A stretch of 63,016 nt of DNA, filler included, from Phoronis australis (lineage: Eukaryota; Animalia; Phoronida), in the NCBI GenBank assembly GCA_002633005.1. It is 10 parts of 10 records of this genome, joined end to end, with 100 filler letters (N's around TTAATTAATTAA, not from the genome) between each part and the next. Parts side by side here need not be neighbours in the genome. Positions count along the whole stretch, not along the records: positions 44,001 to 49,060 come from NMRA01002437.1; positions 49,161 to 52,278 come from NMRA01003209.1; positions 52,379 to 55,101 come from NMRA01003468.1; positions 55,202 to 59,621 come from NMRA01002595.1; positions 59,722 to 63,016 come from NMRA01000214.1; 5 more parts are not named here. One strand, written 5' to 3'. The notes beneath the pieces were generated by a model that did not search any database, was not told the DNA's origin, and saw nothing but the letters and a program-made list of their open reading frames with translations. Shown here piece by piece: positions 48,836 through 61,730 of the stretch; the first letter of the stretch is position 1; every line of letters starts with the position of its first letter. Both the position numbers and the translations under genes were made by a program.

Positions 48836-51181
48836 TGACCACTTGCCTCTCGGGAGCACAACGTAAATCGTCCTAAAATTGATTGGTGACATCCTCTCCT
48901 TAAATTTCATGGTGACTTTGATACGCATGAGTGGCTAAGCAGGTGAAAATGTAGACGTCGAAATTTTCCATTAACATCCGGGATCTGTTTGATGAAAAGT
49001 GGACTAAGACACAGATTGGGCCTTACGCTGCAAATAAAAATTCATGAACAACATTGTAAANNNNNNNNNNNNNNNNNNNNNNNNNNNNNNNNNNNNNNNN
49101 NNNNTTAATTAATTAANNNNNNNNNNNNNNNNNNNNNNNNNNNNNNNNNNNNNNNNNNNNGTGAGATGTGCTATGACACACTTGCATTGACAGTACATGT
49201 CACAACACTCGTATATTAACGCCTCCCATCTATGTTGATTAGGTAGTTTGCTTACCAGGGATTTTGGTACACACGTGAATCCAAAGTCGCCGGAATGTCC
49301 AGGAAATTGTAAAAAAAAACCAAAACAAGACTTTTAGAATGTCAAATGGGGAAAAATATGGTAGGTGATGGTGATGATGAGAGGGTGACAATATGTCACA
49401 ACAGGGTTTAACCTTCTTTAAATTAGTAAATGACTTCTATGACTTGGTTTTATTTTTATTTGTGAATAGTGCTGCCACAGAGTTACAATGCCTCAGATTT
49501 GAGTTATCAGTTGCTGCTTTGAGGAGTCCTGGAGGAACGAGTAAACCTCCATCATGAAAACTGTAGATCTGACTGTCCATGGGTCCATTTCATAGGTGCA
49601 AGAAACTCGCCTAAAACTGAAACCACAGATTGTTGAATTATGGTGCAGAGTTAAGTGTTTCCATTCTATTAGAGAAGATTCTTTGCTGAAAGTGCCCTGT
49701 AAGTGTCCTGTATCTATGGAACACAGACCAGGCTACTCACTAAAACGATGGGGTCATGACTTTTCTTTGTAATGAAGCATTTTAATCATCTCAATTACCC
49801 TGCAAAAACAGTTTGTTGGGTAAAAATTCCTTGGGACACAATATGGTGGACAGGTAAAATTTCAGTTTGTCAAATTTCATAGTAAAATCAATCAAAGCTA
49901 ATTTTCTGGAAAATTCACTTTAAATTAATTACTTTTATCATGGTTTGTGTGGTTTAGGTATTCTTTGCAGACCTTTTACTGGATGAGCATGAGCTGTCGT
50001 ATATCTCTTGTGGTGCTTTTTATTGCCCATCTTTCCAGAGATTATTATTTTACATTAATTTTATTTAATTCATGTTTCTGTAATATGATGTCATAATAAA
50101 TGACCTTTATTTCACTTATATATGACATATATACAGTCTCCTTTTACTCTGGAAACGGAGCTTGCGACGTACGTACCATTTTTGGGACATACGTCAAACA
50201 TAAACAACTCTGGGCTGTTGTGTGGAAAGTGACGTGCTTAAAGTCACCATTTACTCTGCTTTGACAAGGGATAACATTGTCAGCATAATAAAAACATCCT
50301 GTTTTGGGCACTGCATATAACAATTGTGAATTACATAAACATTGTCCCTAAAAATGAGAAAATAGAAGAAAAGTGACTTCAGTTGAAAGTTTCTTAGCTC
50401 CATGGACGCAAGTAGTATGAATGTACCCAGCGCTAGTGTGTCGTGTCCACCAAAAGGCAAGTTTCCTGTACAAACGTGGCATATTCACGCTTGGGAAATA
50501 GAAGAGCCACAGCATGCTTAAACACTAAGTTGTCCCAGCGGCACCACAAATGCAATGCCTCCACATTCCTCATTTTTTACATAAAACATTGAGAAAATGA
50601 GCAGCAATATCCAAAAACTCCACGCAATGGAAGATAACCAGTGCTGTGATTGGTTGTCCCGATTTTAGGTACTAGTATGTATTGACCAATAAATGCTCAA
50701 GATCTGCTAGTTAACATATCATGAGATAGACATGTTTTGTGGGTGCTCTTGTGTGACAGTTGATTGACTGGTGGTTTTTTTTTGGTGTTTTTGATAATGA
50801 AAATGGTGATTTTATGCTTTTTGATGCTACCAACATAATAGACCAATCACCTTGAATTGTTAATCAGCTGTTGGAAATTAAGGTAGGGAAAGTGTCACCA
50901 TGGAGTTCTTGGCATGATGTTGGCCAAGCCATTGCAGGTTCCAGGGCACCAAGAAACAGAGTTAGTGTAATTGACAAAAGCCTTTCGATTGCCCCGATGT
51001 TTTAGTAGTTGTGTGTATGATCCTGATGGAACAACAAATAAAACTAGAAGGATTATTGTATAATGGACTTTGCGCCTGTGTTTTACAGGAATTGTTATGG
51101 GAACTTGTTGACAACAACCCGTTTACAAATATGAAAAAGAATTCTTTAAAACTGTAGGAGCAATAACATGTTGAATAATTT

Positions 51182-51930
51182 GATGACCTCTGCACTAACT
51201 GACCCTATCTAATGCATTACAAGCCCTTTTACTAGAATTATTCCACAGTCCATGAAAATTGTCTTTAATGCTGGAAACCTCAGTTGTCTATCTGCTGTCA
51301 TATCAGAAAACGTGTTGAATAAAAAAAATCAAATTTTCAGAAGAAAAATGTAACTAAAGACCCCATGGTTACACCAAATGACCTGAATCTTTATAATTCA
51401 AACTCAATTGCATTTTCTAAACAGATTTGTAAATGTGAAGTGCCTAGCCCAAAATTTTAGTTTGCACTTATTGACCTTTGACCTATTTTTTCTGATTGGA
51501 TGGCCCTGTTGCTAAGTAATGTAGGGTATTTGATTAGCATTTAGGTTTACACAACTGTGCTGAAATTAAAAAGAATTCATTGAAAAATGTAGGAGAAATA
51601 ACCTTTTGAAAAGTAGATGACCTTTGCACTAATTGATCTTATCCAGTGCATTACAAGCCCTTTTAGTAAACTATTACAAAGTCTGTGAACATTGTCGTTA
51701 ATGCTGAGAACCACAGTTCTCTAACTGCTGTTATATGATCAGAAATGCTTGCTGAATAAAAAGTTCAAAATTTGAGAAGAAAAATGCACTTAATGACCCC
51801 ATGGTTGCACCAGATGACCTGAATCTTTGGATTTGGAACTCAATCACGTGTTCCAGTCAGATATAAGAATTTCAAGTGTCTAGCTCAAAATTTTACTTTG
51901 CACCCAATGACCTTTGACGTGTTTGGATGA
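51182..51930. repeat. old diverged direct duplication (~434-bp period)
   Basis: GATGACCT.TGCACTAA...GCATTACAAGCCCTTTTA...GACCCCATGGTT.CACCA.ATGACCTGAATCTTT at ~51182 and ~51616. Confidence 0.8.
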
Positions 51931-52919
51931 CCCGATTACTTAGAAAAGCAATTTTTTAAATTGTCTTTTTGACTTACATTTGTGCACCATACGACAAGAG
52001 CAACGTGGAGCATTGAAATGCGCCCACGAATGCACCGCAAACCATGTGTTATTATTTATTTGTATCATAAAAATGGCCACTAGATGGCGCAAAACGTCTA
52101 ATCCATCTGGAAATGGAACGTGTCATCGCTTCTTTAATAGAAAGCTATTTAGTCATGTCCATCATCAGCGGGCACCTCTGAGAGCAGATCTCTTCACATG
52201 ATAGCATTCTTCACACATGTTGGTAAATTTTTCGGCAGTTAACAGACATGTTGATTTTTCTTTCAGTGAACTTGAAAANNNNNNNNNNNNNNNNNNNNNN
52301 NNNNNNNNNNNNNNNNNNNNNNTTAATTAATTAANNNNNNNNNNNNNNNNNNNNNNNNNNNNNNNNNNNNNNNNNNNNAAGCATGCATATTAAACAAATT
52401 GTGGGTCCTAACTATTAAAATTTAATTAATAACTTATTGTTACACAATCCTATTCACTTTTCATCAAATTCAGGTGAAATCAGCAGCCAAATTCTCAATA
52501 CATGCCAGCAGCAGATGAAATCGATGCTTGGAACAACTAATAACATCTCCAACAACAGAGAAAAAAGCCACTTCCTGCCCAATTTTATTAAGGGTTTGTA
52601 TAATGAATAAGCCAATAACTCCACCAGAATAACACATTTTTCTAAAAAATATTATTTTCAATACCTCAAATGAACATATTTTACAGAAAAACATATGAGT
52701 TTGTAAAATTTATTATGAAAATTTAACTAAAGCCTTTTCTGAAAAACACACCGACTTTTATGTTATATAATCTAAAATGTGATTAAAATTCCACATTTAG
52801 TATATAAATCTTAAAAACAAACTACAGAAACAATCAACTCATTAACCCTGACTGTAGATTGTAAAATGTTTTTGTGTAAATGCGTATCATGTTACAAACA
52901 AAGTTTGCAGAACGTAAAT

Positions 52920-53435
52920 GCGGTAAATTGGGGTTTGTGATTTGGCAGCCATTTTGGCGGCCATTTTGTCAGCCATCTTGATTTTTTCTCGCAAACTAGT
53001 GACCAATTGTAAGGTCCAGACATTTTCAATTGTCTAACTTACAAAAGAATAAAACTTTTGCCATTGTCAGGGCAAAATATAAAAAGAAATCTTGCAACAT
53101 GTACCAAATTGCCGTTTCGGCCGCCATTTTGTCGGCCATATTGGTTTTATTTTACAGAAAATTGGCATCTTTTGATTGGTATGCCTGTTATGAAAAGTAT
53201 ATAATCAATGACAAACTTTATTGTTTTATTTTTAGCTGTTACATAAGAGTAATATGCCAGAAAACAGTAAACACCGATTTTGTCGGCCATTTTTTCCGCC
53301 ATCTTGAAAACCCGACTTCCGCCACTCCGATTTCGGTAAATTTTTTTTCTGACACTAAGGGATGTTTGAAGATGCCATTTATGCAAACAAACCTTCTGTT
53401 GCAATTTTTTCTAGGCTGGGCCCTCTGGAGCCCTA
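52920..53435. mobile_element. DNA-transposon terminal region (Academ-like?)
   Basis: Clustered GCCATTTTG/GCCATCTTG subterminal motifs ending in ...GGAGCCCTA; other end not visible (gap nearby). Confidence 0.4.
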
Positions 53436-54619
53436 GAATGACTGGACTATACGTACTCATGCCCCTAAAATCCACACCAAAACCAAAAATACTTCTTACC
53501 AGTGATCAAACTTCATACTCGGCGATCAAACTCCAACCCGGACCATAGGTAAAGCATGTAAAGTATGCCTGTAGCAACACGGCGTGCGTATTGTACATAA
53601 AAAGAGTGTTGTTTAGGCATTGAACTGCCAACGTAAGGATAGATGCAGATTCTGGTTCAAAACAAAGGAACGATCATCTTTACTTTTCTTACAAGCAATC
53701 CATCCTAAAGCCAGTATACGCACAACCGACAAAACTAAGCAAATTCTGGATTTGACTCTTCATCTAAGTAAACAATGTTTGTACCGTCCTTTCCTCGATC
53801 ATTCATTGGGAGGTTATAATCTAATGGCAATGTTTTTATCGTTTGCCGACCTACGATTAACACATTGCGGTTGCGAGTCATTGTTTCTTGCATGTTTATT
53901 TAGCAACTCCTTTCATGCAGGTGCACGTGATAAATGATTTGTAAGCACATTGCGGTAGGATGTAAATGATTACTGCCAATGTAACGATACTTTAATAGTC
54001 AGTCAAATTAATTAACTAAGATCACATTTACACAATAGTTCCAATCTCTTCACGTGGCTTGACAGACTCTATTAAACGTTCATTCTTATCAAATCGGTGA
54101 AACCTAGTTGTGAGGTTACCGAATTTAAATAAAAATAGCTGAAATATTCAAATACGCTGAACAACCATGTAATATGGTCACTTTTTCTCGATTGGAAGCT
54201 CTGCATAAGCAATCACCAGACTGTGAAGAAGACTGTTTGATCCGATAACCTTTCTTCCTGATTTAGTGTCTGGGCTGCGAGGTACAAGGCGTTTGCTTCA
54301 GCTCGGTATTTAGTGGAGTGAAGGCCTGTGGCGAAGAACTTGCTTAGCGAGTATATGATGAAGACAGCACTTACCCCAGTTCTGTCAGCGTCCTCTGAGC
54401 AGAGTCATCTCTATAGACTAGGTCCAAATATTTTGTCAATTCAGAAAAAAAAGAAATTATGGTAGCAAAATGTAACGAGGAAAACATATCGTAAGTCAAA
54501 CTAGATTGCTGTTGGACATACACTTTACATTTGTTAAGATAAGGGCTTGCATGATGCTGGCTGGTTCTTCATTTTCAGCGGTGATTTCCAAGTACACAAG
54601 GGATGAAAATGACAAGCTT

Positions 54620-55010
54620 TAGAAAGAAATCGACGTTAATGAAGCTCTCTCTTGAGGAATTAAAATATATAAAAAACAACCACTAACGTCAGGTCCTGAT
54701 TATTGTTCATCGGAGTTTCATCGGAGTTCTTGGAAATACATTTCGGTCTTCACGGTGAGAACGTTCAATAGCAGATTTAAAAATCAGTTTGCTTAATTAA
54801 TAGACAACATGAAGGTGTAATTTCTATTATTCCTAAAGGAAAAACCCTATTGAACACTCAGCAACTGACGGCATATTTTTATAGGAGCCACATAATTCTC
54901 TCGGGCTGTATAACGCGTTAAATCAGTAATCAATGAACTGGTTGATAATCGACCAGACTGGATTGATCAAGGGCAAATTTATTGGAGAAAACACATGGAC
55001 AATTTCCTCC
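54620..55010 (+). mobile_element. decayed L1/Tx1 reverse-transcriptase fragment
   Basis: Frameshifted QHEGVISIIPKGK ... DQTGLIKGKFIGEN, matching L1/Tx1 RT motifs. Confidence 0.7.
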
Positions 55011-56559
55011 GATACATGGCTCAATATACAGTGCTGATCGAATCCAACGTCCTATCGAACGCGGCTAGGCCGCGTCCGGATACGGGTTCCAAACCGCGGT
55101 TNNNNNNNNNNNNNNNNNNNNNNNNNNNNNNNNNNNNNNNNNNNNTTAATTAATTAANNNNNNNNNNNNNNNNNNNNNNNNNNNNNNNNNNNNNNNNNNN
55201 NAGCCATGTCCAATGCTTTTTGAACCCACAAGAAAAAAATAAAGCAAACAAGACCTAAACCAACTGAAGCACTACGGCAGGCCAGTATAGCGCAGATGAC
55301 CGTGGTTTATACAGTGTTGGGCAGACTATAATCACAGCATTTGCTCTTGGTACTCAGGACTAACTTGAAAGCATGAAAGGGTGTGAATGTGGAGTGAATG
55401 TGACCAGCATCAGTGGGATCACCCTTGTTAAAAAATGCAGATTCAGAATACAATAACTGCATATAGGTAAATTGATGAAACACGTTCATTAGACTGTACA
55501 TACATCATAATTGGAAGTTCTTAATACATAGTCAACGATTTTTGTCCCACCCTCTCCCGTCATCAGGTGTTTGACAATGGCCTCTGAAGGCTGAAAACGT
55601 TAACTAGGTACGTAAATCGTTGACCGTGTACTTAGAACTTTATTCCAAGGAATCACTTGCTAGTTTGATAGTAAAGCAAAACATACTTTATTTGAAAAAT
55701 GTTTATAAACTGACAACATGTAAAAATGAAAATCTGAATCAAGAATTTATCACAGCTTACCGTGTATTTCCCTTCAAAATAGTCAGGAACTCCTTCAGCA
55801 ATAGTATGAATTTCTTCATATGCTGCTGCTTGCAAGAGTGCCAGTCTACAAAACAATAAAAAATAATACAGGTGAAAATTGGATCGAGACATCGGACCAA
55901 ACGTAATGTGGAAAAAATATAGTTAAAGACTCCTGCAACTATTGCAAGGAAAAAGCAAGAAAAGTTGAGTTCCAGTCGTAAGTTCACTACAAACAAGTCT
56001 TTGTTTCATTCTAAAAGTGTGTGGTTTTATCATGCCGACTCTCTAAAAGGGTGTGTATTCCTGGACCAAATTTTGAGCAGCACACCAGGTAAGGTCAAGT
56101 ATCCCTATACCCTCTGGAAATGAACTAGTTGAAATAGGAGAAAGGTATCAAAGGTACACATGAAAAGATTATTGTCAGGGAACCATCAGCGAAAACCTTG
56201 ACACCTCATGCAGGTCTAGCATGCACCATCAAAAAATCTTAGTGCAAATGTTTAAATAAAACGCAAGTAGTTTTTCTTCGATGTCTAATTGGCGGCGGAG
56301 CGCAATAAATCTTAAGCATTATGGCATTCACTGCTAATTAGGTCAAGTCGAAATCGTACACTCATCTCATTAGGAATGCTAATTTGCAGTATTTAAAAAT
56401 CTAAAGGCTTCCATCACAAAACATGAACCAAACATATTTTTTAAAAGTAGCAGCTCACTAACTCGAAGGTGCACTAGGGCGAAGGTGTACTATTAAGGCG
56501 GAACCAGGCCATTGAGCATTAAAATGAAATTTTTGTCGGCATTCTATGAAACTCATCGA

Positions 56560-56840
56560 TACCACATTGTAGCAAGACAAGTGTAGCGCTGCACTTGAAT
56601 CGCATTGGTTTTTAAAATAGTGTGATGTATCCACTCAAGACATGCTTTGAAGTCCAATTCCACATACACAGGAAACCCAGTAAAGTGCATAAGTTAGTAC
56701 CCGGCGGAGGGTTGTTTTCGATAGGGCCTCCTGCCGGAGTCCTGAGCCATTGCAGCAAACGACCGAAGTATTGAGGGTTATTGCACGAAAAAACACCCGG
56801 GTCCATAGTCATATATACCTAAACCTATACCTATACCTAC
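56560..56840 (+). mobile_element. SINE/LINE 3' remnant with (ATACCT)n tail
   Basis: Ends in atatacctaaacctatacctatacctac, a short-repeat tail typical of L2-mobilised retroposons. Confidence 0.4.
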
Positions 56841-59721
56841 TGCTATGTAACTCTTTTTAAAGACGGCGTTGCAACGGCTGCATGGTGCTAACAGAGATCA
56901 TAAAAAACTTAATCCCGGTGAAAATTGATGATGATCCTCAGAGGGTTGAAGTCCGCTAAGACAAACACACTTCAGTCCAGCTGCTTAGACTGCTTGGTCA
57001 CCTGTGCATGACACCAGGGGGGGGCATTATCCCCTAGGCCCTCCTCAAAGTCTATCACTGAAACTATAGGTGCCTGTTAACTGTTGGCAATCCAGCCATT
57101 GGCCCTCAATTGCATCATTGGCAGGTATGGCAGGTAATGAAGTACTAGTAATTGAAACTTGCAATTCAGTTGACAAATTTAATCCGGTTTTGGCTTGAAT
57201 TTTCAGCTGGACAACATTTAGTCGCAGACCCCCCAAGTGCTAACTACAAAACAACGGAACTGTATGAGTCACATAGCCTGCCTGAACGGGATGCCACAGA
57301 GAGTAACTTGAGAACCATCAGCGTAATTTTGGCCTATGAAACGTGCACGTGTTTTTCACACTCGTGAACCGCGATTTCTATCACACTGTGAACACAATTT
57401 TGTACCTTAAGCCAAGGCCTCTAACTTAGGAATCGAGTATCTATGTTATAACTAGAGTGAACGTGCGGCGGTCTGCCGTGTGTCAACAGTTACGTTACGC
57501 CGCCGATAGGCTAAATTAAAGGTAATGTTATTGCATTCGTTATTTATAATTACCGTCTGTGATGGAGACAGCGGACGTTTACTGTGTTTGCAACACCGTC
57601 CGTGAGGGTGTCAGTCAAAGTTGGTTGACCATCTTCTTATTGAAACTAGGCAATTAAAACCGGCTTACTGACCTGTACTGTAGGGCCTATGACCGGACTT
57701 CAGTGGTTTCGATCACTTCATCGTAGTTTCCGACACCTATCGAAGAATTAGTAAACCAATACATTGGGAAAATAAGGATCAATCAGCGACAGCGACCTCA
57801 GAAAGTGCTGAATCACAGTGACGAAAAATGACGGCACAGTCTAAGAATGTATTTGGTTGGACGACTTCGGACTGGAACTGTTTATAGCCTAGGACCTGGT
57901 TCCTCACCCTGGAGATAGGACGGAGGCGACGAGTGTCGGTTTCTTGCCTACGGCGTGGCAGCCTTGTCCTTGTGACTGAAGATGGCGCTTATCGTTTTAC
58001 CATATCAAAGACGTTCAAGACTATTCACAAATGCCGCCGCCAGTCACGGACCGTGGCTGCACCTAACGGGCGTGTGTGCGCCGACGAAGTACGCAAGGCG
58101 TTGACTCTGGCCGATTTCAGTTTGTCAATTGTGAAGTGTGTTTGCTTAAAATATTGAAAACAAAAAAGCATGAGCAGGCCATGGAAAATAGGATACACAT
58201 TGCGTGAGTTCTCAGTGATATTGCGGCAAATGGTCACAATTTACTAGCGAAGCAGAAGACAGGTTATTATTTCTTTGATGCCTGATACTACAAGATAATG
58301 TCACCCTTGTTCGTTTAAACATACCAATCTAAGTTACATGTAGAGATTATCTGACTGAACCATACAGTAAGACAATGCGTTAGCGTTGTTGTACGACATG
58401 AGTGGAGTGGTAAATGAATATTTTGTATTTCAGTAAAAGGTATTAATTGAAGAAAAATTGCTGACTTTGAGTCCGAGCAGCTGCGGCTCACCCTAGTGAC
58501 ATCTGGCCTTAGCATCATCACATGATACTTATGTTAAATAATATCATCATATTTTAACAGTTACATGATGTAATCGAATCTCACATTTAGGGGACACCAC
58601 TTGTTTTACCGAAAGAGACCCAGCGTGAAGCGTCAAATTAAAAAAACTGTAAATAGGCATATAGTGCATCATAGTGTACGCGACTCGTGCATGCACCAAA
58701 GGGGGGGGGGGGCTCGGGGGACTCGATGGAACCCTCGGCTCCCCCCATATGGCAAAGTGGACAAAAAGGTCCACCTCAGAGGAACGATCTCTGCACTGAA
58801 AAAAGGAGAACACGAGACAAAGGTCCACTAAAAAGGCAGGAACTACCAGAATTCGGCGAGTGCACAATTCATAGCTCTGATCAAACGTACCCCGTGAATC
58901 TTAATTAGTGAAAGGTCCTCGTTCTCAAAAAATTGAGCCCTCCCCCATTTTTAGGGTGCGTGCGCGCATGCGACTGAAGACTGCGAATGTAAATGCATTA
59001 AATTATCGTTGCTAGGGTAACTGTACGGGTAAACTGAACTGACTGTTTTGATATTTTTATCAGAAACGTGTCACGCATGATCAATTTCACAGTTGGATTA
59101 ATGAAATACTTTATGTTATACCGCTGCAGGTAAGTAGTTGTTGTGTTTACCAGCTACGCTAGATCTTATCAACATTGCACTTTAAAAAGTCACTGTGCGT
59201 ATCATTGCAAAAACATTAGAAACTAGACGCTTGTCACGGCACCCTGTCTTTCGTCAATAGATTTGAATAATTCCCGTTGTCGTCAAGAGGCCTATTTATA
59301 AAATAATCTGATATGCATGGCATATATGGCCCTATTGTGTGGATAAACTATAGCAACTACCGCGCTGGAGATGGTTTCACGGCAATATGACACCGGCTAA
59401 AAATATTTTCGTGGTCCTAACGCATTAATTTTTATCGCATTTCTCCCCGTAAAGTTTATTATGAGGAATTCAATTTCAGAAGCCAAAAGTTAAAAAATAA
59501 TCAGTTTTAGTTCACGACATATCAATTTATTTTAGCCAGTGTTTTATTGCTCTGAAGTCGTTCATGCGGTATCTGCTTCATTTTAGATCAGAGTTCCGTG
59601 ATAAACAGGCCACTTGACGACNNNNNNNNNNNNNNNNNNNNNNNNNNNNNNNNNNNNNNNNNNNNTTAATTAATTAANNNNNNNNNNNNNNNNNNNNNNN
59701 NNNNNNNNNNNNNNNNNNNNN

Positions 59722-59960
59722 ACGGAGACCTTGTTCACAGCAGTGGTGACGAGGAATTTTTTCACGGACATTCAGTGTGTGGGTACATGTTTGAGCAGAG
59801 TACGCACAGGCACAGGCAGCTGTTGAGAGAAACGAGGCGGCTACTGAGAACAGACGTGGTGACACATCTTGGTGCAAATGCACTGTGTGCGTTGTTATGC
59901 CTACCTCAATGGAATGCTTGTGCTGTTCAGAGTTCGACAAGGCCAAGCCACTACTGGACA
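59722..59960 (+). pseudogene. KolX / P2X7-ballast-like Cys-rich gene fragment
   Basis: GYMFE(P)EY...RRGDTSWCKCTVCVVMPTSMECLCCSE with one frameshift; truncated where it meets the transposase remnant. Confidence 0.75.
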
Positions 59961-60112
59961 TGGTTAAGTGGACCTCCGGCATACCACGGACAGAAGAACA
60001 ACTGTCCCACTTGCCAGAGTGTCCCGCGACACACTCCCACTGGATGGTGACTTGAGCACCCAAACTGCTTACACCGTGTCGTGTGACTCCATCGCCACAC
60101 ACCTGGCACCTT

Positions 60113-60739
60113 CTAAATAGACAAGTCCACAATAAACTTATCAAAGTTTGGCTCACCGATCTGTTCACTGAACGACAAACTGTCCTCTTCACTGGGTGTC
60201 GAACTGGGCCTGTAATCACTCCAACTACTCAATATCGCTGCAGGGCTGCTTAGAGACTCTGGGCTGGAGAAAACAGCACAGGGCGAATCGCTACTGGTTC
60301 CAGGAATTGTACGCTCTGGGGTACGTTCGGAGGCACGGGTGACAGTAGATGAAGTGCCTCCACTGGCTCCAGTCACTGTACTGGCCACATCTCGCGAGGC
60401 TTCTCGCTTCAAAAACGCACTTCTCGGGGGTGGCGACGGGGCACTGCCGGGAATCAACACAGACGGAATGGCATCCTTCTTCAGGCGTTGATTCGCAAGG
60501 ACCTTCATCAGTTCAGCGTACAAATCCCTTTCGTAACCGGAGGGCAGAAAGTGCTTGCCGCACACACGGTAATTCTCCACTGATTTGTACGTTGCGTGGA
60601 CGGGTAACGCTGCGTTCTTCACTCGAACGAGCCAAGTACGGCGACGTGTGCCATCCATCGGAAAGCGATTCAAAGGTACTCCCAAAGCGCGCGTGAGCCG
60701 ATAATTAGTACATTCCGGTAGGCAGCAACAGTGTGGCAT
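60113..60739 (-). CDS. THAP-domain N-terminus of Kolobok transposase (frameshifted, DDE core deleted)
   Basis: MPHCCCLPECTN...RFP...W...RVCGKHF...RLKKDAIPS: complete C2CH THAP with AVPT-like box; continues in another frame as LFRRCQVC...WECVAGHSGKWDS. Confidence 0.85.
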   Translation of the reverse strand: MPHCCCLPECTNYRLTRALGVPLNRFPMDGTRRRTWLVRVKNAALPVHATYKSVENYRVCGKHFLPSGYERDLYAELMKVLANQRLKKDAIPSVLIPGSAPSPPPRSAFLKREASRDVASTVTGASGGTSSTVTRASERTPERTIPGTSSDSPCAVFSSPESLSSPAAILSSWSDYRPSSTPSEEDSLSFSEQIGEPNFDKFIVDLSI

Positions 60740-61612
60740 GTTGACTGACTAGTAAATGAAAGCAAACGACGACGGAACTTAACACAACCGAGGTAGAACA
60801 ATGACTGACTCGGCAGCTCTCACAGTCAGACTATATGAAAAGAAATTGGCGCGAAATGCTTGCCTCCTAAAACGTCACTTCCGCAGTAGCGGACGAGTAA
60901 TTATTAAAATTACGAAAAGCTGTAATTAAGTGGAAAACATGTCTAGGATAACCAACCAACCTTATTTTAGCGCAAAATGACATGGAAAAAGGTTGCCTTC
61001 GCCTTTAACCGATGCACGTGCAGGGAACTTAGGTCATGGAAAGATCTCGACCGAGGTACAGTACTGTGCTCAAAAAGTTTCATAACAGAAAGGAAACAAG
61101 CATTATACCATGTTACTTGAACTAGAATATTCTTTGAGACAAGGACTTTTTAAATTTAAACCGTGGCTGATGAAATACCGACGGCATAACACTAACAGTC
61201 ATACATGTAGTTGTGGCGAGTTACGAAGTACGGTAGACTGCACCGTTGGCATCGCGACTGGATATTTTGACCTATGAAGCATTTGTCATTGAGGTATCTG
61301 CCCTTCAAAAGAAAAAAAAGACTGTATTCAAAGTACTTCATTGATGCGCAACGTTTTTGTGTTGACAGACGGCTTATAGCTTACTTTTATTGTAAGTTTG
61401 TTTTGTGGGACGTTCGGTGACAATTGTGAAACGCCTGGGTGGTTTGCTTTATTTTTTTTCCTAAACTTTTGTCCAAAAACAAGGCTGGGCTTTGCAACAA
61501 TATTATATGTAAGATGACCTCGTGCGGAAGCTGACCAGTGTCATACCGAATGAGCGTGACTGCGGTAGCCCTACAAGCATGTAAGTAAGTCGGATAATCT
61601 TGGCGAACGTGG

Positions 61613-61730
61613 TAACTCTATCGAAAGACTTACTAACTCTATCGATAGACTTACTAACTATATCGATATACATACTATCTCTATCGATAGACTTACTATC
61701 TCTATCGACAGATTTAGTAACTCTATCGAT
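61613..61730. repeat. 21-bp minisatellite of palindromic units (~5.5 copies)
   Basis: TAACTCTATCGATAGACTTAC, containing the palindrome TCTATCGATAGA. Confidence 0.9.

Larger units (their letters stand above)
59722..61008. mobile_element. internally deleted Kolobok DNA transposon
   Basis: Minus-strand THAP plus CxxC...C..GH..W transposase N-terminus, convergent with a plus-strand KolX-like gene; right end ...GCCTTCGCCT|TTAA (61004/61005); left end probably in the gap. Confidence 0.8.

Noticed and set aside
53030-53548. 172-aa ORF
   Set aside because: Non-ATG start, lies in transposon subterminal repeats, no protein-like features.
57700-57860. Possible second THAP remnant (SLH..FP..) after a TTAA-AGG start near 57517
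   Set aside because: Too degenerate; no C2CH residues or matching terminus could be confirmed.
58680-58972. Possible MITE with CG.GCA.GCACC termini and a G-run
   Set aside because: TIRs short and degenerate, no clean TSD; probably a repeat but not supportable.
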